Positions 1 to 9,058 of a stretch of 64,000 nucleotides of DNA are shown here, piece after piece. Numbering within the stretch: the stretch's first letter is position 1; each line of letters starts with the position of its first letter. Under the pieces are notes generated by a model that did no database searches, was not told where the DNA came from, and saw only the letters and a list, made by a program, of their open reading frames with translations. A program made the position numbers and the translations under genes. The stretch is from Synergistales bacterium (GTDB lineage Bacteria; Synergistota; Synergistia; Synergistales; JAFGMB01), in the NCBI GenBank assembly GCA_963666205.1, contig OY762654.1:992001-1056000 (forward strand), in the 5' to 3' direction.

Positions 1-1
1 A

Positions 2-214
2 GCCTGTGCCCAGGATCTGGCTCCAGGATCAAGGAGTATAGCCAGTTCTCTTATTATGGGTCTCTGCTGGGGGCTCGGCGGACTGACAGTAGCACTGATA
101 GGGCTTGCTGCGGATATTTTCGGGATAACTCATACCATGATAGGAGTATCCCTTCTGCCCCTCATACCCTTCCCCTATTATCTCAAAGGAGCAATAGCCT
201 CCCTCAGAAAGTAA
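2..214 (+). CDS. MFS transporter (Fsr-like), C-terminal part only (5' truncated by window)
   Basis: Frame 2 reads ...AQDLAPGSRSIASSLIMGLCWGLGGLTVALIGLAADIFGITHTMIGVSLLPLI...RK*, typical of the last MFS helices; not in the ORF track. Confidence 0.75.
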   Translation, partial: ACAQDLAPGSRSIASSLIMGLCWGLGGLTVALIGLAADIFGITHTMIGVSLLPLIPFPYYLKGAIASLRK

Positions 215-250
215 GAGAAAGAGAGGAACGGGGCAGAACCTCTCTTTCTC
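215..250. terminator. Hairpin after MFS gene
   Basis: GAGAAAGAGAGG...CCTCTCTTTCTC inverted repeat directly after the stop codon. Confidence 0.6.
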
Positions 251-321
251 CTGGAGACGATCAAAATTTGGGGGATTGACCGTTCACATCTTGATTAGCA
301 GAAAATGGATCAGGATAAAAC

Positions 322-471
322 CTACCTGTAGCCCTCGAAGGGACCTCTCCAGCGAACTTTTCCAAGATCAAAGGAATCAAACTGTTCATAGGAATCTCTT
401 GATGGATCAGATTCTTCAACAAAAGATCTTGACGGATTAAATCGGCCTGCGGGTTTCCATTCGGATTTCAT
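322..471 (-). CDS. Small hypothetical protein (49 aa, MKSEWKPAGRF...)
   Basis: GAAGGGGAG RBS-like sequence 6 nt before the ATG at 471; open to TAG at 322. Confidence 0.45.
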   Translation of the reverse strand: MKSEWKPAGRFNPSRSFVEESDPSRDSYEQFDSFDLGKVRWRGPFEGYR

Positions 472-564
472 AATTATCTCCCCTTCCGGAAATATGGATT
501 CCTTCCACAAAAACACTTTTCCCCTGTTCCCGACACTCTTAAACAGCATCTGTACTCCTGCAGC

Positions 565-603
565 AAAAAAAAAGAGCCGGAATCCTTTAAAGGATCCCGG
601 CTC
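565..603 (-). terminator. Rho-independent terminator
   Basis: AGAGCCGG(G)ATCC...GGATTCCGGCTCT stem followed by a long T run on the minus strand. Confidence 0.75.
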
Positions 604-624
604 TGGCTCTACTCGTACAGCAGA

Positions 625-717
625 CTAGCTGCCGACCGACCCAGAGAGGGATCCGCAGATAATAATAACGACTATTAGGACTAGGTTCAGTATAGAAACC
701 AGACTGTTCATTTTCAC
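625..717 (-). CDS. Small single-TM hydrophobic peptide (about 30 aa)
   Basis: GAAGGAGG RBS before GTG AAA ATG; MKMNSLVSILNLVLIVVIIICGSLSGSVGS; has its own terminator downstream. Confidence 0.55.
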   Translation of the reverse strand: MKMNSLVSILNLVLIVVIIICGSLSGSVGS

Positions 718-863
718 TTTAGATCCCTCCTTCGGTTGAATATTTTCAATATTGCTGGAATTGTATAATCCTTGAGAACCATTGTCAAGGCTTTTGAATA
801 AATTTTCTGACAAAAGTCCAATTTATTGTTCTAATTTCCTTTTACCGCTGATGATCATTATTT

Positions 864-891
864 TTGACTTATCGCAAAGGTGCTATAAAAT
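864..891 (+). promoter_or_regulatory. Sigma70-type promoter of the UPF0182 gene (possibly leaderless)
   Basis: TTGACT-16 nt-TAAAAT, with the ATG starting 7 nt after the -10 box and no SD sequence. Confidence 0.5.
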
Positions 892-897
892 AGCATT

Positions 898-3771
898 ATG
901 ATGAAAAATAAATGGTTTCCTAATGAAGAATGGTTCAACAACGACGATGGTGAAGGAGGGCAGAAATTTCCTGCAAGACCCAGGATGCCCTTCAAAGTAA
1001 GCAGGCCGGTCTGGATAATCCTGCTGATAATAGCTGCTGTGATAGTAATTCTCCCTGCATTTGCCGATTTTTACACAGAACTTTTATGGTTCAGGGCTAG
1101 AGGCCTATCACAGGTTTTCTGGAAGAGACTCCTGCCTCAATGGGTGCTTTTTGGAGCAGCCGGACTGACAGCTCTTCTGGTTTACTGGTTCAATTTCAGA
1201 AAAGCTTTCAAGAATGCCCTGACCATGGCAAGTACCGATCTCCAGAACTTTTTGGGAAGGCGTTTTCCCGTTATCGTTCTCCTTGCAGTAGCTGCCGTAA
1301 TGGCAATAGCCAACGGACTTGCAACAAGAGGACAATGGGCAATGGTCCTCCGCTTTCTGCACAGGTCTCCCTTCAATCACGCAGATCCTATCTTTGGAAA
1401 GGATGTGGGCTTTTATATATTCAGTCTTCCCTTCCTATCCTTCCTCCAGGGATGGCTTCTCAATGTGGGTATCTTATCTCTTCTCGGATGCGGAGTGATC
1501 TATTTCCTTGCCCTCATGCCACAGTTTCAGCAGCAGGGGAAGATTCCCGTACCAAGAAAACTCCAGTTCCATCTCACCCTGGTGGGTTCTGTCATAATTT
1601 CTCTATGGGCGGCCGGTTACTGGATACAGAGGTATTACCTCCTCTACTCTCCCAGAGGTGTCGCTTTCGGAGCCAGTTACACTGATATCCACGCCGATCT
1701 TCTTGCCCTGAATGTAATGACCATCCTTACCCTTCTTGTGGCTCTCCTTCTTCTTTTAAGCCTTTTTCTCAAGAAGACATGGAAATTTTCTGTAGGTCTG
1801 GTGGTTGTCCTGGTTTTGACAAATGTTGTTCTCAGGGGCATCTATCCGGGACTTATTCAGAAATATGTGGTTGTGCCTAATGAATTCGGCAAGGAAATGC
1901 CCTATATAGAGCACAATATAAAAGCGACCCTGGATGCCTATAAACTTTCAGATCTGGAAACAGAAATGATAGTACCCGATGACCAGGTTGAGGTGGAACA
2001 GATAAACAGCAACTTCGACACCATCCATAACATCCGCCTTTGGGACTATCGGCCTCTTACAAGAACATACAAGCAGCTCCAGGAGATCCGCTCCTATTAT
2101 GATTTCCCCGATGTTGATATCGACAGGTACACTTTCGGAGATGAATACAGACAGGTCATTCTTGCAGCAAGGGAACTGGATCTCAAGGGTCTTCAGAATC
2201 CCACATGGGTCAATACCCACCTTGAATTCACCCATGGATACGGCATCGTGATGAACCCTGTAAACGAGGTAAGCCCCAGCGGTCTTCCCGTACTGTGGGT
2301 GAAGGACATACCACCGAATCTTTCCGTTCCGCTGGAACTGAACAGACCGGAGATCTATTATGGTGAAAAGGCCAGCACATATCTTTTCGTCAATACCACT
2401 GTAAAGGAATTCGACTATCCCATGGGCGAATCGAATGCCCGGACAACCTATGCCGGAAAGGGAGGCGTATCAATAGGCTCTCTTTTCAGAAGGCTTCTCT
2501 TTACTCTCAGTTTCGGCGATTCCAGGATCCTTTTCACTAATGTGTTTACCCCTGAAAGCAAGGTCATGTACCATATGAACATAAGAGAAAGGCTGCAGCA
2601 TGTCGCCCCCTTCCTTATGTACGACAGCGATCCCTACCTGGCAGTCATAAACGGAAGACTTGTCTGGATAATGGATGCATACAGTATTTCCGATCGTTAT
2701 CCCTATTCAGAACCTGTGTCCATAGCAGGAAATAATTCCACAGAATACGGCAGGATCAACTACATCCGCAACAGCGTCAAGGCAACAGTGGACGCCTACG
2801 ATGGTGATATGCATTTCTATATTGCAGATAAAACGGATCCCCTGATAAAAACATGGTCAGATATTTTCCCGGGGCTGTTCTCTCCCCTTGAAAAGATGCC
2901 TCCTGTCATGAAGGATCACCTGCGGTATCCCAAGGGACTCTTCGGAGTTCAGAGTGAGATCTACAGGACCTATCACATGACGGACCCAAACACCTTCTAC
3001 AACAAGGAAGATGTATGGGAGGTAATAAGCCAGGGAGATCGCCAGGATCGACTTGATGCCTATTACATGATAATGAGGCTGGCAGGAGAAGAGAAGGCGG
3101 AGTTTGTCCTTATTGCTCCCTTCATGCCCGTAGGAAGGGATAACATGATAGCATGGATGGCCGGCAGATCTGACGGAGAGAATTATGGTCAGCTCCTGGT
3201 CTACCGTTTCCCGAAACAGAAACTTATCTATGGACCATCCCAGATAGAGGCCCTGACCGACCAGAACCCGGAAATTTCCGCCCAGCTTTCTTTATGGAGT
3301 CAGCGGGGATCGGATGTAATAAGGGGGCACCTGCTGGTCATACCCATCGAGAACTCCCTCCTGTATGTTCAGCCCCTGTACCTGAGAGCTGAAACCAGTG
3401 ATCTGCCCGAACTCAAGAGGGTAATAGTTTCCACGGGAGGCAGGGTGGTCTGGGATACGACCCTGGATAAAGCCCTTGTTAAACTGATGGGACAGCAATA
3501 CCAGACAGGTGAAGAAAGAATATCGAGGACTGAAGTCACTCCTTCCTCTACCTATACAGGAGAAGAAGATATTTCCCGGCTTGCTGCCCAGGCACAGAAA
3601 TACTGGCAGACTTCACAGGAAGCCCTTAAAAATGCAGACTGGGAAACCTACGGCAGGGAAATGGCAAAACTGGAAAATGTGATCAGGAAGATGGCTGCTT
3701 TATCATCCATACCAGTGGATTCCGATAAGGATAAGGTCCCTGTCTCAATTGATCAGGAAATAACCCGCTAG
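898..3771 (+). CDS. UPF0182 family integral membrane protein
   Basis: 957 aa; N-terminal TM helices, DPIFGKDVGFYIFSLP, NIRLWD, YTHG-like FTHGYG, NYIRNSVKATVDAYDG, LLYVQPLYL motifs. Confidence 0.93.
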   Translation: MMKNKWFPNEEWFNNDDGEGGQKFPARPRMPFKVSRPVWIILLIIAAVIVILPAFADFYTELLWFRARGLSQVFWKRLLPQWVLFGAAGLTALLVYWFNFRKAFKNALTMASTDLQNFLGRRFPVIVLLAVAAVMAIANGLATRGQWAMVLRFLHRSPFNHADPIFGKDVGFYIFSLPFLSFLQGWLLNVGILSLLGCGVIYFLALMPQFQQQGKIPVPRKLQFHLTLVGSVIISLWAAGYWIQRYYLLYSPRGVAFGASYTDIHADLLALNVMTILTLLVALLLLLSLFLKKTWKFSVGLVVVLVLTNVVLRGIYPGLIQKYVVVPNEFGKEMPYIEHNIKATLDAYKLSDLETEMIVPDDQVEVEQINSNFDTIHNIRLWDYRPLTRTYKQLQEIRSYYDFPDVDIDRYTFGDEYRQVILAARELDLKGLQNPTWVNTHLEFTHGYGIVMNPVNEVSPSGLPVLWVKDIPPNLSVPLELNRPEIYYGEKASTYLFVNTTVKEFDYPMGESNARTTYAGKGGVSIGSLFRRLLFTLSFGDSRILFTNVFTPESKVMYHMNIRERLQHVAPFLMYDSDPYLAVINGRLVWIMDAYSISDRYPYSEPVSIAGNNSTEYGRINYIRNSVKATVDAYDGDMHFYIADKTDPLIKTWSDIFPGLFSPLEKMPPVMKDHLRYPKGLFGVQSEIYRTYHMTDPNTFYNKEDVWEVISQGDRQDRLDAYYMIMRLAGEEKAEFVLIAPFMPVGRDNMIAWMAGRSDGENYGQLLVYRFPKQKLIYGPSQIEALTDQNPEISAQLSLWSQRGSDVIRGHLLVIPIENSLLYVQPLYLRAETSDLPELKRVIVSTGGRVVWDTTLDKALVKLMGQQYQTGEERISRTEVTPSSTYTGEEDISRLAAQAQKYWQTSQEALKNADWETYGREMAKLENVIRKMAALSSIPVDSDKDKVPVSIDQEITR

Positions 3772-3791
3772 TACGAGGAACCCGCAAACAG

Positions 3792-3829
3792 CAGGAAGAA
3801 AAGGGTTCTTTCCCTTTTCTTCCTTTTTT
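3792..3829 (+). terminator. Rho-independent terminator
   Basis: AGGAAGAAAAGGG...CCCTTTTCTTCCT followed by TTTTT. Confidence 0.6.
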
Positions 3830-3843
3830 ATGGAGGGATAAAA

Positions 3844-4956
3844 TTGGAAGACCCCAGATTGAGAAAACTGGCAGAAATGCTCATAAATTACTGCACGGAA
3901 CTCCAGAGGGGCGAAAACATCCTTATAGAGATCTCCGGAAAAGCCGAACCCCTCGGAAAAGCTCTTGTTGAAGAAGCCTACAAGGCCGGAGGCAACCCCT
4001 TCGTTACGATGAGACACGATCTCATACAGAAAGCCCTGCTAATGAAACTGGAGGAAAAACATGCCCGAACGATGGCCAGACACGATCTTGCCCTTATGAA
4101 GGATATGGATGCCTACATCGGAGTTAGAGCTACCCTTAACAAGAGTGAATTGAAGGATGTCCCGTCATCAGGAATGGCTGTTTTTCAGAAATACTACCTC
4201 GAACCTGTCCACAGCCGGGAAAGGGTCAATAATACCAGGTGGGTGGTACTTCGGTACCCCAGTGGATCCATGGCACAGTTGGCAAAAATGGGTACTGAAG
4301 AATTTGAGAATTTCTTCTTTGACGCATGCCTTGTGGATTACAGGAAAATGGAGGATGACCTTAAACCCCTTGTGGAGATCATGCAGAAAACAGATAAGGT
4401 CCTGATAAAGGGACCAGGCACAGAGCTGACATTTTCCATAAAGGACATTCCCGTTGTTCCATGTTTCGGCAAGATCAACGTACCTGACGGAGAGGTTTTT
4501 ACTGCCCCGATCAGGGATTCTGTCAATGGTATTCTGACATATAACACTCCTTCGGCATACCAGGGTTTCATTCATGAAAATATATCCTTTGAGTTCAGTA
4601 ACGGAAAGATCGTAAAAGCCACATCGAACAACAGCACGAGGCTTAATGAAATACTGGACACGGATGAGGGATCGAGATATATCGGGGAATTTGCACTGGG
4701 TGTAAATCCAAGGATCCTTCACCCCATGACAGATACTCTTTTTGATGAAAAGATAGCCGGAAGTTTCCATCTCACTCCAGGGAACTGCTATGAAGAAGCG
4801 CCAAACGGGAACAGATCTGCCATCCATTGGGATCTTGTATCTATACAGAGAAATGACTATGGCGGAGGAGATATCTATTTTGATGATGTACTTGTCAGGA
4901 AAGATGGCTCCTTCGTAATGGATGAACTCCAGAACCTCAACCCTGAAAACTGGTAA
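3844..4956 (+). CDS. Aminopeptidase, peptidase M29 (AmpS/AmpT) family
   Basis: NVPDGEVFTAP, GEFALG, LFDEKIAGSFHLTPG, SAIHWDLV motifs. Confidence 0.92.
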   Translation: MEDPRLRKLAEMLINYCTELQRGENILIEISGKAEPLGKALVEEAYKAGGNPFVTMRHDLIQKALLMKLEEKHARTMARHDLALMKDMDAYIGVRATLNKSELKDVPSSGMAVFQKYYLEPVHSRERVNNTRWVVLRYPSGSMAQLAKMGTEEFENFFFDACLVDYRKMEDDLKPLVEIMQKTDKVLIKGPGTELTFSIKDIPVVPCFGKINVPDGEVFTAPIRDSVNGILTYNTPSAYQGFIHENISFEFSNGKIVKATSNNSTRLNEILDTDEGSRYIGEFALGVNPRILHPMTDTLFDEKIAGSFHLTPGNCYEEAPNGNRSAIHWDLVSIQRNDYGGGDIYFDDVLVRKDGSFVMDELQNLNPENW

Positions 4957-4958
4957 AG

Positions 4959-5003
4959 ACAAGAGGGTGCAGTCGGCCTTGAAGGTCGACTGCACCCTCT
5001 TGT
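4959..5003. terminator. Bidirectional terminator hairpin
   Basis: ACAAGAGGGTGCAGTCG...CGACTGCACCCTCTTGT between convergent genes. Confidence 0.75.
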
Positions 5004-5027
5004 TAATTCATTTCGTGCCATTATCGA

Positions 5028-5903
5028 TCAGTTATTGATTTCACCCCTGGCAGCGAGGACTATACCAGCCATGATCATCAGGGCTCCGGCAACCGTGGTG
5101 AAGGTTAAAGCCTCCCCCAGGAAGATCATGGCAAGAAGAGTGCTTCCCACAGGCTCACCAAGAAGGCTGATGGCCACCATGGGGGCACTGAGGTATTTAA
5201 GTGCCCAGTTGTATGAGCTGTGTCCAAGTATCTGTGGAATAACAGCCATGGCTGGAAACATCAGCCATGTCATTGCGGAAAAACCGGTAAACCGGGTGCC
5301 TGTTAACAGAACTGCTGTCCAGAGGAACAACCCTGCCGAGCAGTAACATATGGTGATATAGGTCAGGAGAGAGAGTTTTCTTCTGAGAATTCTTCCTCCA
5401 AAGAGATAGCCGGTCAGGAAAAGGGCCCCCAGGATGGCAAGGATATCCCCATAGAAAGCTCCTCCTCCCAGCTGCAGGTCATTCCAGCCTATGACAGAAG
5501 CTCCTGAAAAACTGAGGAGAATCCCTGCAAAGGTCAATCTTGAGATCCTGTCTCCCAGAAGGGGGGCTATCATGGCCGCCCAGATGGGACTTGTGTTCAC
5601 AAGGACCACACTCGTCGCCACAGAAGTCTTTTCCAGGGAACTTATCCAGGTGAAGAAGTGGAGGGCAAGAAAAGCACCGGAAACAATACCCAGGATCCAG
5701 TCCTTTTTCTTAAGTAAAAGGAATTCCTGTTTCCTGCTCAATAAAGCCGCCGGCAGAAGCAGAAGCCCGGCGATCCCAACCCGGTATGCAGCAATCGCAA
5801 GGGGTGGAGCATCTGCAATCCGCGCAAAGATCGCTCCGGTTGAAATACACAATACTCCCAGGCATAGTACTCCGTAAATGGCACCCCTTTTTTCCTGTAT
5901 CAT
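5028..5903 (-). CDS. DMT/EamA family transporter
   Basis: About 10 TM; GAFLALHFFTWISSLEKTSVA, GHSSYNWALK, LLGEPVGS. Start placed at the ATGA overlap with the upstream stop. Confidence 0.9.
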   Translation of the reverse strand: MIQEKRGAIYGVLCLGVLCISTGAIFARIADAPPLAIAAYRVGIAGLLLLPAALLSRKQEFLLLKKKDWILGIVSGAFLALHFFTWISSLEKTSVATSVVLVNTSPIWAAMIAPLLGDRISRLTFAGILLSFSGASVIGWNDLQLGGGAFYGDILAILGALFLTGYLFGGRILRRKLSLLTYITICYCSAGLFLWTAVLLTGTRFTGFSAMTWLMFPAMAVIPQILGHSSYNWALKYLSAPMVAISLLGEPVGSTLLAMIFLGEALTFTTVAGALMIMAGIVLAARGEINN

Positions 5904-7048
5904 AAGGACCCTTTCTTTCTGTGGAAGTGAAGCCATATAAGATGCATCAGGCTTGCGAGGATAACGGACCCTATAGCCATCAATCTATATGCAAGGACGA
6001 TGCCTCCCAGTGAAGAAACATAACCTATGTAAAGGGGAAGGAGGAACCAGCTCAGATCCATGAAAAAAAGGATAAAGGAGGTTATCTTGGGCCTCAGGTA
6101 AACGGGGACAAGGTCTCCTGCAAGGGAAAGAAGGGCCGGGAAACCATAGCCCACTCCCAGACCGTAGATAAAACCGGTCAAGGCAAGTAAAACATTGTTT
6201 CTGACCATTGTCGCCATAAAAAGAGCTACTCCCATACAGAACAGGGATGGCCCCATAAGAAGGATCCTGGGAGTCCTGTTGAAGAAGCTCCGGCCCGCCA
6301 TCCTGATAAAAATGGATCCCCCTGCAAAGGCTACCATAAAAAATGAAGGGCTTAATCCCAGATGGAAGGTCAGGCTGGATATGTAAATGATAGAAGCATC
6401 GCCAAAGGCGAAAAAAAGGACTGTCATGGAAAGTATTCCCAGGGGGGCTTCCCTGATCAGATCAGTATAACTGCCCCAGGCCTGATCCTGGGCACCCCTT
6501 ACTCCACTCACTTTATCCAGGGAAAATGCAAGAAATGTACATACTCCTCCCATAAGGGCAGGCAGCATCAGGTAAATAACGAAGTTTTCTGAACTGATGA
6601 GCATGTCGCACACAGGCATAAGGGTAAACATGGGACAGATACTGCCTATGGTGGTAACGGCAAAAGAGGCACCCCTTTCTGAATCGGGAACCATAATATT
6701 CTGGTATGCCGTAAGTCCTACCATGAATATGCCGAAGGAAAGTCCCATAACCAGGCGGAGGAAAAAGAGAGGTAAAAAGACCATAGGTGCAAGTATGAGG
6801 CCAATACCGCTGGAAAGGCCAAGAAAACCGGCTATTATGAGGGATCTTCTTACACCCAGATTCTCCATGAGCATTCCTGCAAAGGGTTTGACCAGAGTTG
6901 AAGAGGCATAGAATGCACCTATTACCCATCCTGTAAGGTGTGTGGGGAAACTATGAAAGGTAAGATAGGGTGCAAAAAAGAAAAATATGGTAGAAAAACC
7001 GAAAATTGCATAGTTCCCTGCAAAGAGCTTAAAAAGGGTATTGGTCAA
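5900..7048 (-). CDS. MFS transporter
   Basis: 382 aa, about 12 hydrophobic segments, motif-A-like GMLMENLGVRRSL. Confidence 0.85.
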   Translation of the reverse strand: MTNTLFKLFAGNYAIFGFSTIFFFFAPYLTFHSFPTHLTGWVIGAFYASSTLVKPFAGMLMENLGVRRSLIIAGFLGLSSGIGLILAPMVFLPLFFLRLVMGLSFGIFMVGLTAYQNIMVPDSERGASFAVTTIGSICPMFTLMPVCDMLISSENFVIYLMLPALMGGVCTFLAFSLDKVSGVRGAQDQAWGSYTDLIREAPLGILSMTVLFFAFGDASIIYISSLTFHLGLSPSFFMVAFAGGSIFIRMAGRSFFNRTPRILLMGPSLFCMGVALFMATMVRNNVLLALTGFIYGLGVGYGFPALLSLAGDLVPVYLRPKITSFILFFMDLSWFLLPLYIGYVSSLGGIVLAYRLMAIGSVILASLMHLIWLHFHRKKGSL

Positions 7049-7154
7049 TATAACCTCTCCTCAAAGGATGTTCCGGGAAGGATCAGCCTCTAGACAAAGA
7101 TCTGCAGAACCCAGCCTGAATAGCTGATCAGATATGTTTATTGGTAGAACCTTT

Positions 7155-7409
7155 TCATCTCCAGACAAACTGGAGAAAACACAATCCGGCCAGGTATCCC
7201 AGGCCAGCCTGAAGGGAATTACAGAAGAACAGAACCCCTTCCAGGAAAAGGAAATATCCAAGTGCTCCAAAAGCTGCAAGGGCATAAGGGTCTTTCTTTC
7301 GAAGTTTTTCAAGATATGTCCGTCGATATATCACCTTTGCCGGTATCAGGCCGAACATGGCACCTATGGGGAAAGCCAGGAGAAATAGTGTCAAGCCCAT
7401 CATCTCCAT
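7155..7409 (-). CDS. Small hypothetical membrane protein
   Basis: 84 aa with 2-3 hydrophobic segments, same strand as neighbours. Confidence 0.55.
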   Translation of the reverse strand: MEMMGLTLFLLAFPIGAMFGLIPAKVIYRRTYLEKLRKKDPYALAAFGALGYFLFLEGVLFFCNSLQAGLGYLAGLCFLQFVWR

Positions 7410-7505
7410 CCGAAAGGATATCAGAGTGCCTTAAATATTCCTTTCATCCCCAGTATAGTCATGGAGGACCTTTTTTTCAAACAGTCCGGTAAAAGTTCGT
7501 AAAAA

Positions 7506-7540
7506 GAGAATGGAGGACGCTGCAGGCGTCCTCCATTCTC
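7506..7540 (-). terminator. Rho-independent terminator
   Basis: GAGAATGGAGGACG...CGTCCTCCATTCTC stem with a T run on the minus strand. Confidence 0.75.
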
Positions 7541-7574
7541 CATGGCGTAGATAAGAAGAAATACTCAGGTAGAC

Positions 7575-8936
7575 TTAAAAAATGGCTGTTACCATGATTA
7601 TGAAAACGGCCACCGGGACAACAGCTACTACAAGGGGCTTCCATGAATTGGCGATCCTGAAGGTCTTTGCACCCACGTTGCTCTCATCTTTGAAGTTCGC
7701 AAACTTCCACACAAAGGCAGTGTAAAGGGCAATGAGAAGGGCATCCACAGGCATCATGACATTTCCGGAGATATAGTCTGCGAGGTCAAAGAAATTCTTT
7801 CCAAAGATCAGTATATGGCTCCATGGACCCTGTGAAAGAATGGAGGGGATACCGAGGATATACATAATGGCAAGAATACCCCATACAGACTTTTTCCTGC
7901 TGATCCCGAAAAGTTCGGAAAATGTCGCCGCAGGAGCTTCAAGGTAGCCCATACCGGATGTGAGACCTGCCAGAACCACAAGGAAGAAGAACATTGAGGC
8001 AAAGATACTTCCACCGGGAAGCTGGCCGAAAATAACAGGCATGGTCTTGAAAAGGAGACCGGGACCAGCCTGGGGATCCATTCCAAAGCAGAAAAGGGCC
8101 GGGAAGATGACCAGTCCTGCTACAACTGCAATTCCCGTATCAAGGGCAATAACAATGGTAGCATCAGCGGGAAGATCTGAATCGGGAGCAAGATAGCTGC
8201 CGTACACAAAGGCACAGGCGATACCGATTCCGATGGAGAAGAAGGCCTGACCCAGAGCTGCAAGGACCACACCGCCATTTATCTTTGAAAAATCAGGGGT
8301 TACATACCATTTGAGGCCGGCCATGGCACCTGCCGCGCCTTCGACCTGGGGAGACATCATGAGCGATTTTACTGCCAGGATAAGGAGCATTATCATAAGA
8401 GCTGGAAGCATCCATTTACAGGCTTTCTCGACTCCGTCCTTGAGGCCCCTGGTAACGATAACACCAAGTACCACCACAACACCAAGTGTATAAGCGCCCA
8501 CCTGCATCGGGTCGGAAACAAAAGTATCATACATGACACTTGTCTGCTCTGGTGTGACCCCTGCGAAGACCCCCGTAAGGGCCTTGACAAAATATGCTGC
8601 CATCCAGCCAATGACCATGAGGTAATAGGACATCAGAAGAATACACGCAATGGCTCCTATCCAGCCTATCATTACCCAGGGACTGCCCTTGTGGGTCAGT
8701 TTCTGCATTCCCTGAATGGGATTGAGCCGCGTCTTTCTTCCAAGACTGATCTCTGCGATGAAAAGAGGCACACAAATAGTAAAACAGATGGCCAGGTAAA
8801 CGACAAGAAAGGCTCCGCCTCCATTGGTTCCTACCATGTAGGGGAATCTCCATATATTTCCAAGTCCTATTGCAAAACCGGCTGTTGCCATAATAAAGCC
8901 AAAGCGGCTGCCCCAGCTTTCACGTTTCTGTTCCAT
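7575..8936 (-). CDS. Sodium-dependent amino-acid transporter (NSS/SNF family)
   Basis: RESWGSRFGF, AIGLGNIWRFPY, NGGGAF, LGQAFFS motifs; start at MEQKRE. Confidence 0.93.
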   Translation of the reverse strand: MEQKRESWGSRFGFIMATAGFAIGLGNIWRFPYMVGTNGGGAFLVVYLAICFTICVPLFIAEISLGRKTRLNPIQGMQKLTHKGSPWVMIGWIGAIACILLMSYYLMVIGWMAAYFVKALTGVFAGVTPEQTSVMYDTFVSDPMQVGAYTLGVVVVLGVIVTRGLKDGVEKACKWMLPALMIMLLILAVKSLMMSPQVEGAAGAMAGLKWYVTPDFSKINGGVVLAALGQAFFSIGIGIACAFVYGSYLAPDSDLPADATIVIALDTGIAVVAGLVIFPALFCFGMDPQAGPGLLFKTMPVIFGQLPGGSIFASMFFFLVVLAGLTSGMGYLEAPAATFSELFGISRKKSVWGILAIMYILGIPSILSQGPWSHILIFGKNFFDLADYISGNVMMPVDALLIALYTAFVWKFANFKDESNVGAKTFRIANSWKPLVVAVVPVAVFIIMVTAIF

Positions 8937-9058
8937 GTATTTCTCTCCCTTCAGTCCTGTTGTTCGATCATCAACCTTCGAAGAGAACCAGAATGAGATT
9001 TTTTTCACTTTCAGTTACAGTAAAAGAATACAATGAATTCAGTTTAAAAAAGATACAG

